From an uncultured virus (IMG/VR IMGVR_UViG_2124908030_000007) (taxonomy: Duplodnaviria; Heunggongvirae; Uroviricota; Caudoviricetes), in IMG/VR virus record IMGVR_UViG_2124908030_000007: DNA of 41,030 nucleotides. One strand, written 5' to 3'. The translations under genes and the position numbers were made by a program. Shown here piece by piece: positions 28,985-39,164 of this stretch (position 1 is its first letter; every line of letters begins with the position of its first letter). The notes beneath the pieces are model-generated. The model made no database searches. It had not been told where the DNA came from and saw only the letters and a list, made by a program, of their open reading frames with translations.

Positions 28985-30121
28985 ACCAGTAAGGCATCCG
29001 AATTAGACGACGAAATAGATACTATAACTCAAGCTCTCTCCGACGTTGATGATGCTTCTGAACTTTCAGCAGATCGGCAACAGGAGCTAGGAGATGCTAT
29101 AAGAAAAGTCAAGCAACAAAGTGGTGAGCTTGATCAAGCCTTCGAAGATACTCAAGAAAGTTTTAAAAGAGCAACAAAAGTAGGAAAAGAAAATGACCAC
29201 ACAATAAGTAATCTTCAGAGTACGTATCAGGACTTTACTGAAGATATTAAGCGAGTACAAAAAGAAATAGCAGTACTTGAAAACAAAACAGAACAAACGG
29301 GTGCGTTAGGTCCAGATTCATCAGTCGGTGAAGACGAATTTGTTAGAGGTGGTAATATAAATACTGTAGACGCATCTAAAGACAGATCTGTTAACTTTGA
29401 TATATTAGAATTAGCAAAGGCCGATTTGGACCTTGGAGAACAAGAAGAAAATACTGCTACAATTGATCTTGAACTTCGAGACAAACTTGATAGAGATACT
29501 TTAGATAAAATAAACAAAACAATCGAAAATCAAGTAAGTTCAAGAGATGAAAGAATTAGCTTCTCTGGTATCGAGATAGAAGAAGATGATTATGATATAG
29601 CTGTTGATGATAGAATAGACTTCAAAGGAGAATTTGAGTTTGATTCCCAACGTCTAAGGGAAGAAATGAAAAGAAGTCTAGAGGATCTAGAAGTTCCTAG
29701 AGAAGAAGTTGACAAATTAAGAGAAGCTTTTAAAGAGCAACCAACTGAAGAAGGATATGGATTTAGAGAATTTATTGAGGATTTCACAATAGATAAAAGA
29801 GATCAATTAAGGGCACGTAGGTCTTTTGAACAATTAGAGAATCCTAATCTAAGTAGATATGCGAGTGCTGATCTTGGTTCAGTTTCTGAAGCAGCAGATA
29901 TTGACGTTCCAGATGAAATTGACAAAGACAGGAACGTTAGTATGGGAATTGACTCAGGAGAAATAAGCGAAGTAACTACCTATTCAAGAGCAATAAATGA
30001 CTTAACTGTTAGCTCTTTGGCAGCAGATGCTGCTCAAGAAAAGGCAGAAAATAGTACGGAAGACTTGTCAGATAAACAAAAAGAAGCACTGGGAACAAGT
30101 CTTGGTCTAGCAGGAGCGTGA
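28985..30121 (+). CDS. Acidic coiled-coil fragment, probably N-terminal or middle part of the tape measure protein
   Basis: Frame is open from the contig start (TSKASELDDEI...); helical and D/E-rich. The assignment is inference. Confidence 0.45.
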   Translation, partial: TSKASELDDEIDTITQALSDVDDASELSADRQQELGDAIRKVKQQSGELDQAFEDTQESFKRATKVGKENDHTISNLQSTYQDFTEDIKRVQKEIAVLENKTEQTGALGPDSSVGEDEFVRGGNINTVDASKDRSVNFDILELAKADLDLGEQEENTATIDLELRDKLDRDTLDKINKTIENQVSSRDERISFSGIEIEEDDYDIAVDDRIDFKGEFEFDSQRLREEMKRSLEDLEVPREEVDKLREAFKEQPTEEGYGFREFIEDFTIDKRDQLRARRSFEQLENPNLSRYASADLGSVSEAADIDVPDEIDKDRNVSMGIDSGEISEVTTYSRAINDLTVSSLAADAAQEKAENSTEDLSDKQKEALGTSLGLAGA

Positions 30122-30144
30122 AAGNNNNNNNNNNNNNNNNNNNN

Positions 30145-30293
30145 TCGGGCGCTCGACTTGACCCGACGCCGTTCACTTCAGCAAGCGTATCCTCGTCAGC
30201 ACTTGCTAGGTCTTCGACACTTTCGAACCCTTCTTCTGCGAGGGTGTCTGCTTTTGCTGGACCGATTCCGTCAATATCTGTAACATCAGGCAT
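30145..30293 (-). CDS. Helix-hairpin-helix protein (3'-partial)
   Basis: MPDVTDIDGIGPAKA..L...G...VEDLA.A....LAEVNGVG: two HhH motifs. Confidence 0.85.
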
Positions 30294-30321
30294 TTTTATT
30301 CTGTTTACATATAGTACGGCT

Positions 30322-30360
30322 ACACTTATAAGTCTTGTGGTTGACCGAAACCTTTTTATA
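30322..30360. promoter_or_regulatory. Back-to-back divergent promoters
   Basis: CACAAGACTTATAAGTG on the minus strand and ACCGAAACCTTTTTATA on the plus strand. Confidence 0.6.
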
Positions 30361-30394
30361 CTAGTATAACGTATATGATAATACGAACACTTAT

Positions 30395-31138
30395 ATGTCT
30401 GATCAACTTGAGCGTTACACGCTCCCCGAGGGGCGAGTCTACACTGACGGGGATGATCTTGTTTTACCATCAGTGACTACTGTTCTAGACCAAGCGCCAG
30501 AACCTCCCGGTATCAAGTATTGGAAAGAAAAGAACGACGGAACAAACGGAAACCCACATTGGAAAGACATCTTGCAATACAAAGCTAATCGTGGGACGAT
30601 GATTCACTATCGTCTCCTCAACGAATTTTCAGAAGAAGACATTCACGGAAAGAACGAGGAAAACTCGACGGAAGAGTTAAAACTCGAAGGAAACTGGCAA
30701 CGCTATCAAAGCGACCTCGCGTTCGCACAGGATGCGTGGAAAAAGATCAAAGAAATTCGTGGAATTAATCACGATTCTGTCCTCGACGTAGAGTGCTTCG
30801 TGACAAATAATGCCATTGGATACGCCGGACAATTTGACCTACTCTACATTGATAAGGATAGCAATATTGTCCTCGGAGATCTCAAGACAGGGAAAGGTGT
30901 GTACCCAAAGTATAAAAAGCAACTTATCGCATATTCGAACGCCCTCAACCTCGACATTGATAGAGTAGAGGTAATCCGAATCTATCCAGACGGAGAAGAA
31001 TGGGAAGTTTCACACGACGGTGAGTGGAAGGAAACACGAGAAGAGTTGTGGAAAGAGTTCCATGATCTCCGTTCACAAATGGACGATGTACAGAGTAAAA
31101 TGGAGAGCATCATGGAAGACGGAATAAACGATACATAA
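30395..31138 (+). CDS. PD-(D/E)XK exonuclease-like protein
   Basis: PSVTTVL, RGT.IH, E, YAGQFDL, DLKTGK, QL.AY motifs. Confidence 0.85.
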   Translation: MSDQLERYTLPEGRVYTDGDDLVLPSVTTVLDQAPEPPGIKYWKEKNDGTNGNPHWKDILQYKANRGTMIHYRLLNEFSEEDIHGKNEENSTEELKLEGNWQRYQSDLAFAQDAWKKIKEIRGINHDSVLDVECFVTNNAIGYAGQFDLLYIDKDSNIVLGDLKTGKGVYPKYKKQLIAYSNALNLDIDRVEVIRIYPDGEEWEVSHDGEWKETREELWKEFHDLRSQMDDVQSKMESIMEDGINDT

Positions 31139-31255
31139 TGGGATACCTGTCAAACGAACTACGCGACATGGGGTTTGTGACAACAGGTAAGGAATCACCA
31201 ATAACAGAAGACGGAACAGTTTGGCGAAAAGGAACAGAAGCAGTCTGTGACGAAA
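31138..31255 (+). CDS. Hypothetical protein (3'-partial)
   Basis: TAATG-coupled to the nuclease gene. Confidence 0.5.
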
Positions 31256-31277
31256 NNNNNNNNNNNNNNNNNNNNAA

Positions 31278-31685
31278 ACAGATACGTTCCATAATGTCAC
31301 GACAGAACGTTTTCACGAGTATCTGGTAGACAACCTCGACCCAAATCAAACAGGAGCAAAAGATAACATTACAGAACTGTGGCTAGCGTTGGGGAACAGC
31401 TCGTCAGGTGGAACAAGTACGACAGACACTGACCTAAATAACAGGATTTATGAAGAGTCTGTGACAGACACGTCAGACAACGGACGAGAGCTTTTCACAA
31501 GCACTTTCTTGTCGTCTGGTGAAGGAAACGATACATTTGACGAGTTGGGTTTGTTCTCTGGAAACCCTGATAACTTGGCTAACAATGATGTGTTCATGCT
31601 TAATCATGCGACATTTACTAACGTGACTAAAGATAACTCAGAGACAGTCACGTTCGATGTAATCCTTTCATTCAGTGATCTGTAA
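31278..31685 (+). CDS. Baseplate-fibre attachment protein (5'-partial)
   Basis: Frame is open from the contig start; HNVTT, LALG, TDTDL, EGN....ELGLF, KD....V.F pattern seen in myovirus fibre-proximal genes. Confidence 0.6.
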   Translation, partial: TDTFHNVTTERFHEYLVDNLDPNQTGAKDNITELWLALGNSSSGGTSTTDTDLNNRIYEESVTDTSDNGRELFTSTFLSSGEGNDTFDELGLFSGNPDNLANNDVFMLNHATFTNVTKDNSETVTFDVILSFSDL

Positions 31686-32779
31686 TGACACAACGAGTTA
31701 ATCCGTCTTCAAGCAGGCCAACTAATTCCTTCCAAACTGCTGGAGCAATCGCTCTAGCTGGTGGGTCAGGCCACGGATGGGTAAGTGATGAGTCGAGTAA
31801 CAGCGACATCTCAGTACAAAATAGTAATATTGATGAAACGAGTCTGAATGCCTTTCAACAAACAAGTGGTTCTTCATCGTTTGATGTTACAATTGATGGA
31901 GGAGAGGCATTTATTTATGGTAGTTGGGTAGCAATTGACACTCCCACAACTGTTACTCTTAGTTCATCCACAACTGGTCAAACAGTATACGTTGGATGGG
32001 ATAAACAGAATCCTGACAGTGTAATTATCGGCCTTGAGTCTGCTTTTTCGACAAACACAACAGACAGCGATAAAAAGATTCCGTTATGGTCGTTCGATAC
32101 TGATAGTAGTGGAGTAATCTCGACGGCTGACCTTCGTCGGATAGGATACTCACAGTATATTTCAGGCAAACAGTACTTTGGTGAAGAAGATTACTCTATT
32201 GAGTATGACTCTTCTGAAGATAGTCTTGTCGTAACTGACGAGAATAATAATACTGTAGGTATCAAATACTCTCGGAATGGGACGGTTGTGTTTGAAAATG
32301 ATGTTACTGACTCAAACAGTAATACAATCTACTCACAATCAAACAATTATGTTCCTATTTCAATACTTCAGCATTCGAGTCTATCTGTTGCTGGAAATAG
32401 TGTCTCTCTTGGTGGTTCAACTGGTGTACGATACACTGACCTGACAGACACGTCATCTTCATTCCCGATTGGAAATGCTGATATTGATAACAGTTTTGTT
32501 ACTGTTGCTGGAAACACTATTTCACTTGGTTCTTCGAGTAGTATTAGCCATAGTGACCTGAGTAATCTCAATAGTGATCAACATCACAACCAAAATCATG
32601 GTAATTCTGATCACACTACAAACTATCTGGCAACAGATGGCACGAATGACTTTAGCGGAAGTTTTTCATATACAGGAACGTCTCTGTTGTTTCAATCAGG
32701 ATCGACAGGGACTCACGAGATGGTAGATAACGGTGATTTAAACATTAGCGGAGAACTTACGGAGAACGCAAGCTTATAA
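31685..32779 (+). CDS. Tail fibre protein
   Basis: S/T/N-rich; V.ID.GEAFI.G and D.R motifs; two VAGN..SLG.S repeats; DQHH. Confidence 0.65.
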   Translation: MTQRVNPSSSRPTNSFQTAGAIALAGGSGHGWVSDESSNSDISVQNSNIDETSLNAFQQTSGSSSFDVTIDGGEAFIYGSWVAIDTPTTVTLSSSTTGQTVYVGWDKQNPDSVIIGLESAFSTNTTDSDKKIPLWSFDTDSSGVISTADLRRIGYSQYISGKQYFGEEDYSIEYDSSEDSLVVTDENNNTVGIKYSRNGTVVFENDVTDSNSNTIYSQSNNYVPISILQHSSLSVAGNSVSLGGSTGVRYTDLTDTSSSFPIGNADIDNSFVTVAGNTISLGSSSSISHSDLSNLNSDQHHNQNHGNSDHTTNYLATDGTNDFSGSFSYTGTSLLFQSGSTGTHEMVDNGDLNISGELTENASL

Positions 32780-32781
32780 TA

Positions 32782-33560
32782 ATGAACGAACAAAACACAT
32801 TTAATCCAAAAGAAGTACTCAGCGAGGCGGAACAGGAGCGACAAGCAGTACAGAATAATATCAGACAAGTATCTAACTGGTTCCACGAAAGAAAAGGAAA
32901 TGTATTCAGTAGGTCTGAAGCAGTCTCATCAATTTCTGAATACTTTGGAATTAGTGAAGACCTCTCTCAAAAGATTGTCAGCAATCTTGTAGAAGACACG
33001 GTTGACCCAATTGTCCAAGTTGTGAGAGATAATGAACGGTTTGTCGGTATTGTTGAATACAATGAGCATAATGGGGCATACACCTATCTTGATTATCACG
33101 ATATGTTTGGACAACGAAAGCGTGCTGTCTGTGCCCAATGTGTGAAGGAGGCAGTAGTCGATACACAAGTAACACACGCTACTGAAAAAGATCCGAACGG
33201 TACTTTCAGTGATGGTGTGGATTCATACGATGAGCTTGTTGATGCTATTCACACCCACTACGAGACCTCCCACGAGACTGTCCCCGAAAACGTAGCAACA
33301 GGAGCAACACTCGCAGCAGGGACGACTATCGGTGGTAACACAGCATATCATACAGGAAATTTGGCTGATAGAGGGGCTGTTACCATTACCCCCTCGACAA
33401 ATAATCAGACAATCCCCGAGGGATACCACAATGGTAGTGGAATTGTAGAAGGTGATGGAAGTCTTGTTAGTGGAAATATAAAGAATGGTGTTACTATATT
33501 TGGCGTTAATGGCTCTCTTGATCCAACTTATAATACGACAATTAACGTCAACGGCAACCA
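32782..33560 (+). CDS. Tail fibre variant C (3'-partial)
   Basis: N-terminus homologous to 2..1333; unrelated C-terminus TITPSTNNQTIPEGYHNGSG...NIKNGVTIFGV.G. Confidence 0.7.
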
Positions 33561-33580
33561 NNNNNNNNNNNNNNNNNNNN

Positions 33581-33887
33581 AATCCTCGTCAGGGTAGTCT
33601 CCGTGTTGTTCAATACGCGATACTTCGAGATAATAGAAGTTATCTTTTAAGTGTGCTTCGAACGTCTGTGCCAACTCGTCCGTATTCACACGATACGGAG
33701 AGCCGACTCCTTGAACACGGTGAATGAGATTTACAACATCGACTCCTAAACCTCTGTTGTATCCACCAGAAACGTCGTGAAAATGAGCGACTTCGTTTCC
33801 AATAAGTACAGGAAACGTCTCCATCTCACGAGCTTCTGCTCGCATGTTGTTTACAAGTACGGACTCTCCATCGTGTGATAGTTTCAT
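33581..33887 (-). CDS. Hypothetical protein (3'-partial)
   Basis: Coupled to the upstream ORF; acidic. Confidence 0.55.
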
Positions 33888-34147
33888 TATGCCTCTCGGT
33901 GAGCGTATACGTGTTCGATTCGTTCAACAGGGATGTCTACAACTGCATCTTCAACATGATCGTCTTCGCCTTCAAGCAATCCCTCGACTCGAATCTCATC
34001 CTCTCGAAGAGCAGGCGGAGTTTCTTCCTCATCACCGAATGTTGTGGTGAAGTTGTGGAAATCATACTCACGGTCGCTTTCGAGGACCAGCATAAACTCT
34101 CCGTAATACGATGCCTTCTCACGAATATCGTCCAATGTGTATTCCAT
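33887..34147 (-). CDS. Hypothetical acidic protein
   Basis: 86 aa; promoter CGAAACCTTTAAGTG about 25 nt upstream. Confidence 0.65.
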   Translation of the reverse strand: MEYTLDDIREKASYYGEFMLVLESDREYDFHNFTTTFGDEEETPPALREDEIRVEGLLEGEDDHVEDAVVDIPVERIEHVYAHREA

Positions 34148-34175
34148 TGTGTCTACACATTGGAACTGGCGGCAC

Positions 34176-34486
34176 TTAAAGGTTTCGCTGCTTCATTGTT
34201 CTTACACTTATATCATGTGCGACAAATTTAACTTCAGTAATATTCGAATCAGGTGGTAACTTCTGACTGTTAAATGTTACGCGATCAAATGTCATAACTT
34301 TGTTTTCAAAGCTTAAATGAACATAGTCGTGTATACCAAACGAGAACTTTTTCTCCCATGTAAACGTAGTTCTCCTGTTATTGAATTTACACTACCTATT
34401 TCGAGGTCTCTACCATAGCTGAACGCATCTAATATATAAGGTTGACTATCAATTATGGCAATCTCGGCTTCACTTTTTGTGTTCAT
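34176..34486 (-). pseudogene. Paralog of 34483-34755 with a 1-nt frameshift (possibly a sequencing error)
   Basis: EIAIIDSQPY...ITGELRLHG / EKKFSFGIHDYVHL... aligns to the upstream paralog if one G is added at about 34355. Confidence 0.5.
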
Positions 34487-34755
34487 TGTTTTCTTTTTCT
34501 TCTTGTCGCACTTTTGACTTTGATTTTTATTACTGTAATATCATCATTATCAATTTTTTCTCTACTACTAATAGTTACATCAGACAATCTTATAACTTCA
34601 TTACCATCTGTTACATGGATGTAATTACATTTACTGAGTGGGAAATTTTCTTCAGTGTATAAGTGTAATTTACCTGTTATAATGTTTTCATTATTTACCA
34701 TCAGGAAATCCTCATACGTGATTTTATCCATTTTGTATGGCCTCCCATCAATCAT
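34483..34755 (-). CDS. AT-rich hypothetical protein
   Basis: MIDGRPYK...; starts just after the polB stop; ATGA-coupled to its paralog. Confidence 0.55.
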   Translation of the reverse strand: MIDGRPYKMDKITYEDFLMVNNENIITGKLHLYTEENFPLSKCNYIHVTDGNEVIRLSDVTISSREKIDNDDITVIKIKVKSATRRKRKQ

Positions 34756-34762
34756 GGCAATT

Positions 34763-37550
34763 TCACATGTACTGTGCGAGGCCACTTTGAGTTCCCTCCG
34801 TTGTAAGTTCGTCGAAGTCCCATCCGAGAACATCGGTGATAGGCTCAATTGGATCACGAAGCGTCTTTTCTGCCATCTTCTCCCAGTCAACCAACACACC
34901 GTCAGGCATATTGCTCAAATCTTTGAGCGAGACGGCATCGACCTCACGGTTACGCTCGACCATCGTAGGAGACGACACATCTGCCTTCAGTTTGTTCTCG
35001 TAGTTGTAGGTCTCGGGCAAGTCACTCGCAATAGTGACACCATCACAGTAGAAGAACAACGGCTTCCCTGAGGATATATCTTCACCCTCTATGTAGTTGT
35101 TGGCGTACCTCGCTCCACGGATGTGAGGTTGTGGAGTGTAGTAGTTGTATGAGCCATCATCCTGCTTACTGTAGCCATACGTCCACAGGTCACTATTGAT
35201 AGCAGACGGCTTCCCGACTTCTTGAAGTGAAGCCTCACCTGACGTGACTTTGTTCCAGTTCTCAAGCATCGTATCTGAGACAATCTCTTTTGGCTCGTCA
35301 TTCTTGAGAATCTGAGAGATAACTTTGTACTGAACGTCTTCTGTTATCTCAGCACTGTCAGACCGAACAAGTTCGAAGCCTTTCACTTCAATCTCGTCAA
35401 CAATGTCACCCTCGTCCCATCGAACACGTTGGGCGTATCGCTTCTTCTTGTTCATGAACAAAGCCGTGTCAGAGTATGACTCAATCTCGACAGCCATGTT
35501 GCCATCTTCTATCCCGAATCGGTCATACATGAAGTCCGGGTACGTCGAGTCAACGTACTCGGCTGCCTCTTGTGCCACGTCCAGCGTCTCATCGAGTCCA
35601 TCGGCGCTCGGAACCTCACAGACACAACTGTCTGTGTCTCCTGCGATAATAGCTGCTTGATCGTAGCCAAGCTCTTGAACCTTCTGCTCAAACTGTTCTG
35701 CCGTGTGCTTAATCACGTCACGACCAGCGAGTGTAATCGCCTCAGCGATTCTCCAGTCGAACAACCGGAAGCCAACACCATACGAAACAGAGTCGCCCAT
35801 ACATCCGTATACGGAGTTCGTAATTCTCTTGACAGCAGCGTATGCCTCGTCAGCATACTCGTCTTTCTTGTACTCATACTTCATATCAATGAGGTCACTA
35901 ATAACGTCTCGCACGAACGACTCTTTCACTTCAGGTCGGAGGACGTACAGTTCTTTTCGTTCTGGCACGTCAGCGTCTTTCTTCTCTTCCTCGTCACGAG
36001 GATCGACGTATACAGTGTGACAATCGGACTCCGAATATTCGGAGTTTATGAGATCTTCTTTGTACCCGACAATAGTCTCGGGTGATGCGTTCATGTCTTT
36101 GAACAGGTTCGGATAGAGTGAACTAAGGTCAGGGTACACGACATTACGATGCTTCCCGGCAACAGGAGAGAACACGTATGCTCCCCAATAGTGCTGGACT
36201 TCTGGACGGACTGATGTGGGTAGAGCAATGTCTCGCTTCTTTGCTTCTCGGAGGAACAGAATATCAATGATACCGATATTACTCTCAGCAATCTCCGAGT
36301 ATGTGACGCCAGCAATCGAACGAATGTGGTCGTACATTTCGAGAACGCTTTTCTCTTTTTCAATCTCGACGACAGCCTCAACGTCTCGAATATTGTACTC
36401 CATAAACTCACGCGGATAATGGAGCCACCCCTCGTCCAAGTCAGCCACGTCTTCCTTACCGTATCCTAGTTCGTCTTCTGCGATAAAGTCGAGCTTGTAC
36501 GAACGCTTCTCGTGGATCTGAGTCTTCTTGTATGCCTGAAGCATATCGAGCAACTCGCGTCCTCCAAGCACAGCCGAGCCTTCGTCTGTCACGAACAACG
36601 TGTCAGTCGGCGTAATTTCGTCAACAGTCCACTCGTTAATCTCACGACACCGATTAAACCAGTACGGATAGTCGAATCCTGTACCAATGTCATTTCTTGA
36701 CGAGTTCCATCCTGTCATCAGGTCCGGGTTGTGTTCGACAATCCACTGATTCGTGTGTGCCAGCATCTCTGCTTCGTCGTGAAAGACGTGGGTCTCTTTG
36801 TCTAACGGAAGCATCGGCCACGAGTGGTCCGACCCCTGTTCGACCGTATCAGGGTGAAGCACACACGCCTCATACTCACCTGTGTACGAGTCGTGTAAGG
36901 TGACGGCAGTAATCGGCTTCTGTGTGTTCGTGGTATCAGGAAACTCTCCACCCGACCACACCTCAATATCCATCGTACAAACACGAGGCTTAACGTCCGG
37001 AGGATCATCAATCGCTTCTATGTCGTCATACTTCACACGGTCTTGTCCGTATGGAATCGATAGAGCAGAGTGGATGCCTGAGTCAATAAGGAAGCGATTG
37101 ACAAAGAACACGTCAGCCTCAAACGTCTTGTCAAACACTCCCATGTCTGTGAAGTCACCAACGTCACTCGGAGTGACAGTCTCAAGTTTGACAAGCTCTT
37201 CTCCCTGTAGTGACTTCTTTGGAGCAGTTGGCTCCTCATTGAGAGCAGAGTTCATCACATAGTCAGCACTCGTTATGCCACGNNNNNNNNNNNNNNNNNN
37301 NNTTGGCAGTAATTGAGCGAACCATCGTCTCGTTAAAGAGATCGTGTTCGTGTCTTTTGTACTCTTCTTCAGTAATGTAGAAAGACGGATAGAATCCTTC
37401 AACCTCAATACGTCGCTTTTCTCCAGAAGCGTTTCGACAGAATAGTTCGATAATCGGTTCAGAAATAAAGTGCCCTTCGTCTTCGACGCGATATTCCAGC
37501 GTCATTAGTTTCAGTTCTTCTCGGTCGTCAGCCAAATCGATTAGTGACAT
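34763..37550 (-). CDS. polB: Family B DNA polymerase (N-terminus 37303-37550, body 34763-37282, split by an N-gap)
   Basis: ExoI DIE, ExoII GWN...FD.PY, motif A DLSSLYP, motif B K...NSVYG, motif C GDTDS, KKRYA, KGFE.VR.D. N-terminus has RRIEVEGFYPSFY. Confidence 0.95.
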
Positions 37551-37589
37551 ACATCACTAGACGCAAGACATATATAAAAAAGTTACGGT

Positions 37590-38024
37590 CTACTCGTGAA
37601 TAAAGTTGAACGAGTCCGTACTGTCGGCAAACGAGAGCAGTGTCTTCATACACTTCTCTCGATCTTCAAAGTTCCCACGACTCGTGTGGAGAAGCCATGG
37701 GCTAAGATTGTCTCGCCAGCCATCGTACCACACAACGACTGGTATTCCACAATCGAACGCTTCTTTTACTTCCATGGTTGACCCGACCAACGCGGAGTCG
37801 TCTCCCCATCGAACGAGGACACCATCGCTTTCCCTAACTGCTTCGAGGGCTGGTTCGACAACCTCGTCGTATCGTTCGTAGACCTCTTCGTCACCGTAGT
37901 CGAAATCGTTTTGTTCGTACCCGTTAGTGAACGTGTAATCTGGCCACGCTTCTCGGATCTCATCGTGCCACTGGTGGGGGTTGTCCCAGTCAGTGACCAT
38001 CCCTGTAAGGTAAATCTGTGTCAT
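37590..38024 (-). CDS. Nucleoside 2-deoxyribosyltransferase-like / nucleotide N-glycosidase
   Basis: IYLTG...SDGVLV...GSTMEV..A...GIPVVVW pattern with the conserved Glu. Confidence 0.75.
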   Translation of the reverse strand: MTQIYLTGMVTDWDNPHQWHDEIREAWPDYTFTNGYEQNDFDYGDEEVYERYDEVVEPALEAVRESDGVLVRWGDDSALVGSTMEVKEAFDCGIPVVVWYDGWRDNLSPWLLHTSRGNFEDREKCMKTLLSFADSTDSFNFIHE

Positions 38025-38248
38025 TCCTCGACTCGAACGTTCACTTCAAATTCTTGTACTGTATCTCCTTCGTTAATAATTGTATCACGTACTTGTTGTT
38101 TGATTGTACCCTCCACATCCAGAAGGCTATCATCATTTGACAACTGTTCTCGAATGGTTTCAGCTTCTGCTTCTGTAATTTCGTTCTCTGCTACTAGCGT
38201 AATTTCTGTTACTGCTTTGGGCATACTGATAGTATACCCTGTAGACAC
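38021..38248 (-). CDS. Hypothetical acidic protein
   Basis: ATGA-coupled to the next gene; start more likely at 38224 (MPKAV) given the promoter at 38246-38260. Confidence 0.6.
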   Translation of the reverse strand: MSTGYTISMPKAVTEITLVAENEITEAEAETIREQLSNDDSLLDVEGTIKQQVRDTIINEGDTVQEFEVNVRVEE

Positions 38249-38268
38249 TTAAAACCTTCGAACGAAAG

Positions 38269-38340
38269 TACGGGTGGAAGGAATCGAACCTCCATTATGT
38301 GAGTGTAAGCCACACGTCTTCACCTTTGGACCACACCCGT
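38269..38340 (-). tRNA. tRNA-Val (anticodon TAC)
   Basis: Cloverleaf: acceptor ACGGGTG/CACCCGT, D-arm GTC/GAC, anticodon arm TGTGG-CTTACAC-TCACA, T-arm GGAGG-TTCGATT-CCTTC; CCA not encoded. Confidence 0.92.
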
Positions 38341-38356
38341 AAAAGTGTGTTGTCAG

Positions 38357-38623
38357 TTATACGCCCCAATCGACAGGTCGCCAAACCTCAAGCGCCATCC
38401 CACGACCAGTCTCTGTCGTCGCTGTTTCATAACCGACTGTCGCTGCTCGTTGAGACATTGTTTCAATTTGTTCAGGCGACACGTTTCGGATTCGAGCAAA
38501 GTTTACTCGCCTACCGTCGTGCATTTCGACAGTAGCGTACTCTGGCGCAATCGTGTCAATGTGTTGTTTAAACCAGTACTCTTCATCGGTCTGTTCATCG
38601 ATTTTCATTTCGTCTTCGTACAT
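38357..38623 (-). CDS. Hypothetical protein
   Basis: Acidic 88-aa ORF with promoter AAAAGATTTAAGTAG upstream. Confidence 0.6.
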   Translation of the reverse strand: MYEDEMKIDEQTDEEYWFKQHIDTIAPEYATVEMHDGRRVNFARIRNVSPEQIETMSQRAATVGYETATTETGRGMALEVWRPVDWGV

Positions 38624-38657
38624 ACGTACAATATACGCTTCCGCTACTTAAATCTTT

Positions 38658-39164
38658 TTATAAGAAGTCTAACACTTCGGCAAGAGAATAGATGCGATCG
38701 GTCATTTTACTCTCTTCTGTATTGAGATGTTTGTTCCACCGATGATGACGAAGGAGTAGACGGCACTCATCAAACATCTCTGGATTATCGTCGATGTACA
38801 CATCATAATCTAACAGATATTTTGCTTGGTCTGTTGAGATGAAGTCATTGTATTCAATTCCATGTTCATCGAGCCACCAGACCATTTGTTCATCGACACC
38901 AGTTCGACCTGTTACAATATCTAAATCATGTCTCGAATAAATTTCTTTTACGTATTCTTCTATCAGTGGCTCTTCTGGCGGGATAGAGGCTGGATTGTGC
39001 CTCCACACAGAGTCAGTAACTCCCATGTAGACCTGCCATTGATAATCGGTCATATCCCACGAACCGAACAATTCTTCTCGATCGAGTTTGTCTGTTGACT
39101 GAAGAGCGGCCTCGTTCGTGTCAGCGAGAACGCTTTCAACATCAAGTGCTACTCGTCTACTCAT
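38658..39164 (-). CDS. HAD-family 5'(3')-deoxyribonucleotidase-like protein
   Basis: ALDVESVLAD, IVTGR, K, DVYIDDNP, WN motifs of the NT5C family. Confidence 0.8.
   Translation of the reverse strand: MSRRVALDVESVLADTNEAALQSTDKLDREELFGSWDMTDYQWQVYMGVTDSVWRHNPASIPPEEPLIEEYVKEIYSRHDLDIVTGRTGVDEQMVWWLDEHGIEYNDFISTDQAKYLLDYDVYIDDNPEMFDECRLLLRHHRWNKHLNTEESKMTDRIYSLAEVLDFL

Noticed and set aside
37263..37550. Split polB or an intein in polB
   Set aside because: The frame change coincides with the N-gap, and no intein motifs interrupt the polymerase motifs.
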